Shown here: positions 37,480 through 47,835 of the stretch, one piece after another
How the letters are laid out: every line of letters begins with the position of its first letter
Position numbering within the stretch: position 1 is the first letter of the stretch
NCBI RefSeq assembly: GCF_006345805.1
Contig: NC_043000.1
Coordinates: 69,812,001-69,876,000 of the forward strand
Source of the DNA: Octopus sinensis
Lineage: Eukaryota
Reading direction: 5' to 3'
Length of the DNA stretch: 64,000 nucleotides
Notes under the pieces: model-generated
Told to the model about the DNA's origin: nothing
Databases searched by the model: none
What the model saw: only the letters and a program-made list of their open reading frames with translations
Made by a program: the position numbers and the translations under genes

Positions 37480-38940
37480 ACAAAAACTTATTCCGCTTCT
37501 CCATTTAAAACGTCTGTATCAATCTCATGAATCGATGGACTAATAGTCTGATTATCTTCACATTTTCAGAACCAAGAAGACTGAAAGCCCTTTTGCTAAG
37601 GACTAATGCTTCAACCTAAAAATATGTTACACAGCAACATAACCAGTAATCTATAGAGTTGCATTTTGGATTTCACCAGCCTTTAAAACTATAAATCAAG
37701 TTCCTGACTCCGCAAGATTGTATTTTGTTAGATTTTGAAATTCTTTGGCCACTCACACACTTCCACCATCATACTGCAGTAAAATCTTTATACATTATGG
37801 CTACATAATAGTAAACATTTCATGGTTCGTATTATTTAGACAGCTATTTAGAATTCTACTTTCTGTTGGAAAAAAGATTTATTTTCTGCGCAGAATACTC
37901 ATGATAAGATTTTAATCAGTAATACCTTTACTATACAAAAGTTTTCCGCTTTCGATAAAATCCAGCACAGCTATGTATTTTAAAAAATAGTTATAGAAAC
38001 AAACTTTATCTGTTGCTGGGCTAAAACTAGACGAAAATTCTGTCTCTTATGGACAATTATATATAGTTTACATAACACTGTTTGTCTACCTGTTCTGGTT
38101 TTACACTACTTTAAATAATAGCAACAAAGTACATATCAGTTTTAATGTTAGTTTATTTGTTCATGATTAGGATGTCCAAAAAGGATAACTATTTGTGACT
38201 GTATTCCATTGTAAATTCGATACTGTGGTTAATGTTCTTAATTAAGTTTTTAAACTCCAAGAGTTAATGAACATAATGTGACCACAAAATGAGACAATCG
38301 TCTATGTGGAGTTTCAAATTGGCGGGTATATTATTGGAAGTCATCGCGAAATTTCAGTCTGGCGTGTTCGTATATTTGGACTTCGAAATATGTCATGATA
38401 AAGTTTACAAAAGTGGGGTCTCCTCTCGTTCCCATCGCAGTTCTAGACTTTTTTCTGTTGGTACTTTCGTTCAAGTTGAAGAAATTATTTTGTAAGATGA
38501 ATTTTAATTCTTTAATGTTAGACCCTTTCCAATTCAGTCAAGAATGTCATTTAGAAATTTTCCTGTCAGTATTCATGCGGAATTGCAAGGTAGAGATTTT
38601 TTTTACATCGAATGAAACAAAATGAGACTCCATGCTGGTTTTCATCGGGAGATGGTTTAAAACATCATCTCTCATGAAACTCAGTATAAGAATAGATTTC
38701 AGCTGAAGAATGTATTTTAGGAGAATTTCAACGAAGTTGCTCAGTCTGTGTATCTCATAGAACGGAACTGCCGCAATTGGTCTCATTTGACATATTAATA
38801 ATCAATGAGGTTGATCTGCTACAGGCTTCATTTATAGCTTTTCACTCTTGTGAATGTTTGAAAAATCCGTAAAAGTAACTGGTTTTGCAATAAAATCTTG
38901 TTACGTAGTCATTTTCCTTCTCCGATTAATAGTTTTGAAG
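37480..38940 (-). mobile_element. Highly decayed Penelope-like element (RT + GIY-YIG remnants)
   Basis: MRPIAAVP...RLSNFVEILLK...FVSFDV and FILQNNFF...TAMGT...PTF align by eye with the PLE RT at 60008-60592. Confidence 0.65.
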
Positions 38941-38978
38941 CTGTTGGATAAGGGTAGTGAGATTTTTCATTATTTTGT

Positions 38979-39119
38979 TGTCTTCACTCCAGCTTAGAAG
39001 CTACTAAGGTTTTAGGAAGAAAGACTTGTTAGAGTTCTAGCTTGTCACTGTGACAAGCTAGATCTGTAACAAGTCTTTCTTCTTGATACCTTAGTAGCTT
39101 CTAAGCTGAAGTGAAGACA
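38979..39119. repeat. ~140-bp near-perfect hairpin (70-bp arms, 1-nt loop)
   Basis: tgtcttcact...ctagcttgtcac-t-gtgacaagctag...agtgaagaca. Confidence 0.95.
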
Positions 39120-39436
39120 GCATGTTCTTACGTTCTTGGAGGTTTTAGGTAAAATTATACTAATGTGTCCATCTGCTTTAATTTAATTCAGTTCTATGTC
39201 TTTATGCAGCTGAGGATTGCTCTGCATTTAAATTGATGTAATGATTGCATTGTTCAATTAAATGGAGTTGCTTGAAACGATCGTACTGCATGACCTCTGG
39301 ATATCCTTGTTGCTTAATTTAATTTCTTTTTTTGATATGTAAAAATCTGTTTACCACTTCAAACAATTTGTCTATTTCCCTCTCTCTGTTTCTTTTTCTC
39401 TCTCTTTATCTAGCTAGCTACTTATATATATATATA

Positions 39437-39489
<53 letters not shown>

Positions 39490-39510
39490 AGCAACAAGAA
39501 TGAATCCGGT

Positions 39511-39601
39511 AATTGAGTACAATTGTTTCATACTACAACATTTTATTAAAAGCTGTAAATATTACAGCAGATTTAATATGCCGAGTAATCTTCAGCTAAT
39601 T
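39511..39601 (-). ncRNA. Type I hammerhead motif with extended stem II and palindromic stem III
   Basis: AAUUAG-CUGAAGA-[u-UACU...GCUGUAA-uau-UUACAGC...AGUA-u]-GAA-ACAAUUGU-A-CUCAAUU. Confidence 0.6.
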
Positions 39602-40429
39602 TTATATAGGTTTTCCAATAATATAAAGTTCTCAGATCAATTAATAACATCTTAGGGAAGGTAAATATACAGATAAAGATGTAGATATGAATCTCAGGAA
39701 CATGAGGTAGTGTAGTTAGGATGCCAACCTGACCAAAACTTCGTTCACAACTGACTGTTGTAAGAAAATTTCCTTAGTTATAAGAATGGGGGTAAGGGCA
39801 GGTTAAGAAATCAAGTTAGTTGAAGAAAAGGAGGGGAAAAAATTCAGGAGATGTAAAAGACGAACAGATTGTCACTAGAACAAAGGGTCGATCTATTTAT
39901 GTGGTGACAAAAGATTTAGGTCAGTGTAGAAGAATCACTAAATTCTTAGGAGACTATGAGGTAGGGGATCAGCTACTAAACTGACCGTACCTTACTTTCA
40001 ACTGAAAGCCATCAGAATTTTTAGTAGGAATTTAGGTAAGGGGATGTGAAAGAAAGCTGTAAAAGGGGTTTAAGTTAGTTGCAGAGAAAATACATGAAGG
40101 GAAATCAAGTTTATCAATAGAACAGAAAGCTATTTATTTTTATGTGGTGAGAAAAAATCTAGGTCAATGTCCAGAGGTCAATTAAATTCTTTTACAAAGG
40201 GTATGGGAACAAAACCTCATCTAATTTATAGTAGATATCGAATTTTATAACTAGGGGAATAGTATTAAATGTTAAAATTAGAATAGAATTGGGAAAATAT
40301 GCAATTTCATGATTAAAGTGAGGTTAATTTAGTTGACTATAAAAGTAAATTAGAGGTTGGTATAGTATATCTCATATTATTATTATATTAAAAAGTTACA
40401 GTTAGAAAAAGTAGGTAAACCTTAAATTT

Positions 40430-41365
40430 CTATTTAAAATATTTGGAAGTCCTAATTGTTGAATGAATGCAAGACTTTCCTAACTCTATACGATTATTTA
40501 GTATATTTTTATTACTTCGATACTTTAAAATTTCATAGGTTTCCATAGAGCAGAGTTGGCAGCCTACTCTATTATTTCTATAAGGTTTTGCCCACCTAAC
40601 TATACCCCATTTTAGGTTGTATTCTATATTATTTGTTTTAAGTTCCCAAAGTTTGCTCGATAGTGTAGTGCAACCTGCCTTATGTTTCAAACGAAAAGAG
40701 GAGAAATGATCGTTAAGACGTTGTTTAAAATTAACAGAACAACCAAGATAAAAGATGTTACCGTTAGAAGTTGTTATAGTGCATTTATGAATTACATTTT
40801 GGACCGAACAACGACCAGATGCAGGACAATTTGATCTAATCCTACAGTTGCAACTGGGGGGATAATTTTCAGAGTTAGAATTATTTAAGGATAGTTCTCT
40901 CACATTACTGTTATTTAAAATATTATTAGTAATATTATTAGTATTATTTTCATTATTAGTGGTCCTATTGTTATCTAAAATGGGGTTACTATTTATTGAT
41001 CCATTTACACTATCATTCATATCTATCATACCAATACCTATACTACCTACATTATTGGTATTGCTATTATCATTATTTGTATTTATATCAATGTTGTTAT
41101 TATTGTTATTAATATTATTGCTATCATCATTTTTAGTATTATTTTTATTTTTATTATCCCTATTATTACCATTATAATTATTTTTATTAATATTATTGTT
41201 ATTATTATTATTATTGTTGTTATCATTATGATAATGATTATTATTGTTATTTCTATTTTTGATGCTGTTATTACAATTATTATTACTATCCATGTTGATA
41301 CTAATCGTTCTACTCCTGGCTAACTTAATGTTTTTACTATTAAGTCTAGCTATTATGGTAGACAT
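40430..41365 (-). CDS. Asn-rich linker + GIY-YIG endonuclease of a PLE (311 aa open; continues upstream by frameshift to 41652)
   Basis: CNCR...CP.SG.C...VIHKC...YLG...FKQR..DH, T.LS..LWELK, C.LC..E, LN.R.E...C.H. Confidence 0.85.
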   Translation of the reverse strand: MSTIIARLNSKNIKLARSRTISINMDSNNNCNNSIKNRNNNNNHYHNDNNNNNNNNNNINKNNYNGNNRDNKNKNNTKNDDSNNINNNNNNIDINTNNDNSNTNNVGSIGIGMIDMNDSVNGSINSNPILDNNRTTNNENNTNNITNNILNNSNVRELSLNNSNSENYPPSCNCRIRSNCPASGRCSVQNVIHKCTITTSNGNIFYLGCSVNFKQRLNDHFSSFRLKHKAGCTTLSSKLWELKTNNIEYNLKWGIVRWAKPYRNNRVGCQLCSMETYEILKYRSNKNILNNRIELGKSCIHSTIRTSKYFK

Positions 41366-42092
41366 ATTTGGGAGGGTTGAATATGAAATCCTAACTGTTC
41401 TCTTAGAAACTATTTTATGATATTTATGGGAGGCTGGGAAGTTTTTTCTAGTATAGATTTAATTTTACTGTACACATTCGACAAGATCGCACAATTAAAG
41501 GGAATGTTTAGCCAAATGATATTTTCTCTTTTATATTTTTTGTTTAAGTATGAGTTGGAGTGAGATGTATTATTACCATTCGCACGAGAATTATTATTCG
41601 TTTTACTTCTATTTATATGTTTATTAGATTTATCTAGATTGGTTTTTTTCAAATTTACTTACGATCTGGTCAATATTTTTATTCATATAATTTGGTTTAT
41701 ACACTAGATTTTTCCTCACCATAAATCTATTTTTATGTAGGGTATGATATCTATTATTGTTTACGTTATTTATATTCGTTTCATTGTTCGGAAGATACAA
41801 GCTATCCTTATCGAGAAAGGTAATTTCTTGATCATATCCCGCTTTGGATAATGCGGTATTGTAATGGTTAGAGTGAGAGTTAAATATATCACTATTAAAT
41901 CTGCTGTAATATTTACAGCTTTTAATAAAATGTTGTAGTATGAAACAATTGTACTAAATTACCGGATTCATTCTTGTAGCTTATTTTTTGATTATAATCA
42001 CTCCGCATATTTTTATGGGTAACACCATAAAAAAATTCTGATGCGTCTAAATTAAGTACCATATTCATTTGAATCTAAATTGTTTGCTGAAC

Positions 42093-42130
<38 letters not shown>

Positions 42131-42139
42131 ATAATATAT

Positions 42140-42180
<41 letters not shown>

Positions 42181-42184
<4 letters not shown>

Positions 42185-43195
42185 TAATAAATAAAATATA
42201 TGCATACATACAAACATATATGTACGTACCTACATCTACATGTATATATACATCCATATATAAATATATATACGTGTGTACAGGACACCACAAATAGACG
42301 TAGAACTCAACGAGAAACAAAAACGTAAAAACAGCATGGAATGGACCATTCCTTTAACAACGAAAAAACAGAGTACAAGACAACTACACAAGGAAAAATC
42401 CCCTTCATCAGCCGTCCCTAGTTCAACTCCAGCGTGTTTCGAAGGTGAGGACAGAACACGTCTCGTCGAACTAGTCCTTCCTGCGAAAGAATTAAATAAA
42501 ATTCCTTTGCAGAGGGGTAAAAACAAGGGAAAAAGTGACAAAAACAGGACGTAAAAACAATACAATTAAAAACAAATACAAAATAAAAATACAATTACAA
42601 GAAATAGAGTACAAGAAGGAATAGAAACAGGACAGGAAAACAAATAAAGAGAACCTATAAGCCTAGACGACGAAAAAAATTTTTTCACGAGCGCAGGAAG
42701 AAACATGTTTACTTGAATAAGGCCGCCGGCGAAAGGAAGTTCGTAGACCCGGCTGTGAGAGAGATGAGAAGGAGTGAGAGAGAGAGAGAGATAGAGAGGT
42801 AGAGATAGAGATGAAGGAAGCAAAAGAGGGTGAAAGAAAGAGAGAAGAAGGAGTTATGGAATTTCGCTTCATAATTATATATAAAACCAGCTTAGAGAAG
42901 AAGAAACGAAACGAAATCAAACGAATCGAATCGACGCGAAGGCGCTCAGTCATACAATAGTGTAATAAATAAAATATATGCATACATACAAACATATATG
43001 TACGTACCTACATCTACATGTATATATACATGCATATATAAATATATATACGTGTGTACAGGACACCACAAATAGACGTAGAACTCAACGAGAAACGAAA
43101 ACGTAAAAACAGCATGGAACGGACCATTCCTTTAACAACGAAAAAACAGAGTACAAGACAACTACACAAGGAAAAATCCCCTTCATCAGCCGTCC
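42181..43195. mobile_element. Family X, one 778-bp unit plus a partial second unit in tandem
   Basis: agtgtaataaataaaa at 42181 and 42959; homologous to 4675-6285; starts at (TA)n. Confidence 0.88.
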
Positions 43196-43233
43196 ACGTA
43201 AGTTCAGCAAACAATTGGTGTCACCTTATATAT

Positions 43234-44252
43234 GAATTAATCTTCTCTCTTCGCTATTTTACGCCATTTGGTCTCAACTCTCCCCCCTCTTCATCTAACC
43301 TCCCCCCCGACCCCTACTTCTCTTCAGTCCTTCATCCTTTCACCCCTACTCTCTTTCCCTCCTCTTCCCTTCTTCCCTCTTTCTTCTTCCCTCTTCCCCT
43401 TCCCTCTTTCTCTCTGCTCCCTCACTCCACTTCTCTCTCCCCCTCTCTATCCTCCCTCTTCCTCTCCCCTCCTCTTCTCCTCTCCTTCCTTCTCCCCCTT
43501 CTCTCCCTCCTCCGCCCTCCTCTTTCATTATCCCCCCTCACCCTCACCCTCATCTAATCTCCCCCTCCACCCTCATCTAATCTCACCCTCACCCTCCTTC
43601 TTTCCTTCTCTCCCTCTCCCCCTCCTCACTCATATTTCCCCCTTCTCCCTCCTCTTCTCCTCTTCTCCTCTTTCATTTCCCCTCCTCTTCCCCTCCTCCT
43701 TCCCTTTCCTCCTCTTCCTCTCTTCCTCCTTCCTTCCTTCCTCTCTCACACTCTCTCCCTCCCCCTCTCCCCCTCATCTCTCCTCTACTCTCTCTCCCCC
43801 TTACCTCCCCCTCCTGCTCTCCTCCCCTATCGCCCTCATCTCCTCTCTCTACACTACACCATACGACATTACACATCACATCATACATACATACACACGT
43901 CCAGACCTCTCATACGCACTACATACTCTCTCATACACACACACACCCTTATGTTGGGGCGTGGTCATTTGACCCTGTTATCTCCCCTATTTTCGCTCTT
44001 GCGCCTCACGTTTGATCTTTGACTTCTGGCCGGAATCAGATTGCCATGTTGATTCGCTAGCTTCTGCACGCATTTTTTTCTCTCCTTGTTTCTCTCCGTG
44101 TTTCTTTTCTGTGTATCTTTCTGTTGAAGAGCGTAGGTTCGAAACGTAAATGACTTGTTTTATTTAAATTCCTGAGCGCCATACTAATACAATTGTTTGT
44201 TTGTATTCCACCTGCCTTCGTCTTTTGTTTATTTTCATAAAGCTTCCCGTTA
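43234..44252 (+). mobile_element. PLE family P1, 3' end/pLTR only
   Basis: Homologous to 54585-55598; pyrimidine-rich tract; ends cttcccgtta(ta)n. Confidence 0.9.
44116..44153 (+). ncRNA. Minimal hammerhead motif, A6U core variant
   Basis: UCUUU-CUGUUGA-a-GAGC-guag-GUUC-GAA-ACGU-A-AAUGA. Confidence 0.55.
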
Positions 44253-44272
44253 TATATATTTATATATATATA

Positions 44273-44639
44273 GGAGTGGCTGTGTGGTAAGTAGCTTGCT
44301 AACCAACCACACAGTTGCGGGTTCAGTCCCACTGCGTGGCATCTTGGGCAAGTGTCTTCTGCTATAGCCCCGGGCCGACCAATGCCTTGTGAGTGGATTT
44401 GGTAGACGGAAACTGAAAGAAGCCCGTCGTATATATGTATATATATATGTGTGTATGTGTGTGTATTTGTGTGTGTGTGTGTGTTTATCCCTCTAGCATT
44501 GCTTGATAACCGATGCTGGTGTGTTTACGTCCCCGTCACTTAGTGGTTCGGCAAAAAGAGACCGATAGAATAAGTACTAAAAGGTGGTGCTCCAGCATGG
44601 CCGCAGTCAAATGACTGAAACGAGTAAAAGAGTAAAGAG

Positions 44640-44640
<1 letters not shown>
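44273..44640 (+). mobile_element. tRNA-derived SINE family 1
   Basis: Homologous to 6296-6690. Confidence 0.92.
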
Positions 44641-44695
<55 letters not shown>

Positions 44696-44713
44696 TATAT
44701 ATTTATTTATTTA

Positions 44714-45785
44714 TTTAGCAATTAAGGACAACTTCTTAATAAGGAAAACTTAACAAGAAATTATCGGGTAGATAGCGTGAAAACCTCATAAAAGAAAAAA
44801 TTTCGAAAATAATTCTTTCTTATTGAACATATTAATTTATATATAGAGGGCATTATTATACATACATGCTACACGCTAAGAGGGACAAAATTAGTCATTT
44901 CTACCAAAAATTTTACTAATCCCACCGAATGCAATTTTTCAAAGTAAGACATTTAAAAATATGGACTTGTATCACCTGTGATTTCATCCCTCTGTATTCA
45001 TCAGCAAGTCTGGACGTATCATAAATAAACGAACCCAACTCGTTTAAGCCGAGCAACTATCTGGTCAACTTCAACGAAGCACATGGGTGGGTTTACATAT
45101 ATTACATCCGGTAAATGGCAGACTTTTACGAATTGTATTTCGGGAAAGGAAAAGTTTTTCGGAATAAAAATTTAGCAATTAAGGAAAACTTAACAAGAAA
45201 TTATCGGGTAGATAGCGTGAAAACCTCATAAAAGAAAAAATTTCGAAAATAATTCTTTCTTATTGAACATATTAATTTATATATAGAGGGCATTATTATA
45301 CATACATGCCACACGCTAAGAGGGACAAAATTAGTCATTTCTACCAAAAATTTTACTAATCCCACCGAATGCAATTTTTCAAAGTAAGACATTTAAAAAT
45401 GTTAAGTTTTCCTTATTAAGAAGTTGTCCTTAATTGCTAAATTTTTATTCCGAAAAAACTTTCCTTTCCCGAAATGCAATTCGTAAAAGTCTGCCATTTA
45501 CCGGATGTAATATATGTAAACCCACCCATGTGCTTCGTTGAAGTTGACCAGATAGTTGCTCGGCTTAAACGAGTTGGGTTCGTTTATTTATGATACGTCC
45601 AGACTTGCTGATGAATACAGAGGTATGAAATCACAGGTGATACAAGTCCATATTTTTAAATGTCTTACTTTGAAAAATTGCATTCGGTGGGATTAGTAAA
45701 ATTTTTGGTAGAAATGACTAATTTTGTCCCTCTTAGCGTGTGGCATGTATGTATAATAATGCCCTCTATATATAAATTATATATA
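44714..45785. mobile_element. Retrozyme-like ~457-bp unit: 1.5 tandem units (44714-45400) plus inverted copy (45401-45785), TA-flanked
   Basis: tttagcaattaagga at 44714 and 45171; 45401-45785 is the reverse complement and spans the unit junction; contains HHRs. Confidence 0.92.
45602..45648 (+). ncRNA. Canonical type I hammerhead ribozyme (second copy at 44964-45010, minus)
   Basis: GACUUG-CUGAUGA-AUAC-agag-GUAU-GAA-AUCAC-ag-GUGAU-A-CAAGUC: perfect stems I, II and III and full core; predicted cleavage after 45642. Confidence 0.88.
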
Positions 45786-45799
45786 TATTTATATATATA

Positions 45800-46130
45800 T
45801 AATCATTAATAACAAAGGGTAAAATTAAATAATTAAGAAATAATCAATAATTTCACCAAGTAGAATTCGGTATGAAAATAGGACCATTTCACGGTAAACT
45901 TAAGTAATACTTATTAATAAGGGTTCAGCAAAGATTTGCTTTACAACATACCGAAGTTTAGAAATAGCAACCAAACAATCTTAGCTATTTCTTTAAAAAT
46001 TATTTTCAAGTATTTTGGTTTCTCTAGGATTCCTTTTTAAAGTAGAAGAAATAGCTAAGATTTTTTGGCTACTATTTCTAAACTTCGGTATGTTGTAAAG
46101 CAAATTTTTGCTGAACCCTTATTAATAACT
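45800..46130. mobile_element. Diverged relative of the 558-bp satellite end, with internal ~85-bp inverted repeat, embedded in (TA)n
   Basis: gggtaaaatt...tttcaccaagta...ggaccattt...tagaaatagca parallels the satellite; arms 45911-46002 and 46047-46128. Confidence 0.75.
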
Positions 46131-46133
46131 ATA

Positions 46134-46224
<91 letters not shown>

Positions 46225-46523
46225 ATATACACACATATATATATATGCATATGTGTATATGTATATATGCATATATATATGTATATATGCATATGTATAT
46301 GTATATGTATATATATAAAGAAGGAAATGGAGAAATATCGATGAACAACAATTGGCATACATCAATTATTATTTATGAATTCAAGACAAATAGACTGCAC
46401 CCTATCTAACGGCTGTGTCGTTATACGGGGTAAGATAAATAAATGAATGAATGATTGGGAAAACGGTGTATGTTGTAATGGGACCTAAAACGCTTAGAAC
46501 AATAAATCTTTGATTTAATAATG

Positions 46524-46579
<56 letters not shown>

Positions 46580-46584
<5 letters not shown>

Positions 46585-47235
46585 GAATTGACAAAAGGGC
46601 AGAAAGTGATAAGTGCAGAATCTGTGGACAAAACGGTGAAACCGTATGGCATATTACCAGCCAATGTACGCCACTAGCCCATGAAGACTATAAGAGACGT
46701 CACGACAGTATACGACTTTGCAACAAGTATGGACTTGACAGAGCAAAAAAATTGGTACGACTACAAACCTGAAGGCATCGTCAAAAATAGAAATGCAAAG
46801 ATCCTATGGGATTTTATGATTCAGCGCGACGATAAGATAGAGATTAGGAAGCCGGACATAGAAAGAAAACAAACGATGCTGGATCATAGATATAGCATGC
46901 CTAGCTGACAACAAGGTATGCGATAAGGAAGAAAGAAAAGTCGAGAGATACGACAGGTTAGCTTGGGAAGTTAAGCAGTTGTGGTCGATGAAAAAGGTAG
47001 CAGTAGTACAAATAATTATCGGAGCCCTGGGAACAGTGAGCAAAACTCGAGAAGTACGTGGAACAAATAGGGACTGCAATAAGGGTGGAGCACTTGCAGA
47101 AAACAGCAATGCTTGGAACCGCTCGAATACTCTGGAAGGTGCTCGAAAAATAAGAGATGTTACCTTAGTTCAATGGTAGTGAACAGCTGACACTGTAGTA
47201 CATCCCCAGCGTTAGAAGCTGTGCAAAAGCAAGAA
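46580..47235 (+). mobile_element. R4/Dong LINE, B-family 3' fragment between (TAA)n and (CAA)n
   Basis: IDKRAESDKCRICG..GETVWHITSQC; 3' end gaacagctgacactgtagtacatc...gttagaagctgtgcaaaagcaa matches the reverse complement of 12493-12560. Confidence 0.92.
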
Positions 47236-47237
47236 CA

Positions 47238-47292
<55 letters not shown>

Positions 47293-47835
47293 CGACGACG
47301 ATGATGATGATGATGATGATGATGATAATATGGCATAAATATTAAGAGAGGAACCTATTCGGACATTTAGGAGGTATGACGGTTGGGGTTGAAAATGGTC
47401 CAAAAGTTATTAATAGGAATTAGTAAAAACATTGGAACGAATTTATAACATAGCAAAATTATGGAAATATTCATAGTTAAGGGGAGGTAATAACTAGGTT
47501 AAGTGGCCAAAATTAAGGACTGCTGGTTTGTCATCCAGTGCACATAAACAGTGTGCTGGCTAGTCCAATAAACAGCTAATTTTCCAACTAATTGGCTAAA
47601 CAATCTGTAAATCAGCCAGTCTAATGATCAATTAAATAAATATAAGTAGATATCACTAATTAAATTACCGATTACAATCTATAATTAAAATTTTAAATTA
47701 AAATACTTGCAAATTGTTTTTACTGATGTAAGCTTTTACTACAATTAGCTCATACAATCATACACGATAAATTTAACATACTTATACATGCATATGCAAA
47801 TATATATAAATATAAATATAAATATATATATGTCA

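Larger units (their letters stand above)
39484..41985 (-). mobile_element. 5'-truncated Penelope-like element with Asn-rich linker and GIY-YIG; 3' pLTR and inverted 5' pLTR stub
   Basis: ~93-bp inverted repeats at 39485-39578 and 41893-41985. ORF remnants: RT-thumb-like IFNSH..HYNTAL.KAGY, NIIWLNIPF, VRISYSTLPNM, then EN. Confidence 0.85.

Noticed and set aside
38955-38970. Plus-strand DKGSE resembling the PLE DKG motif
   Set aside because: Opposite orientation to the RT remnant; coincidental.
43268-43972. 234-aa Pro/Ser/Leu-rich ORF
   Set aside because: Translation of the pyrimidine-rich P1 pLTR tract; also applies to 54619-54966 and 56938-57648.
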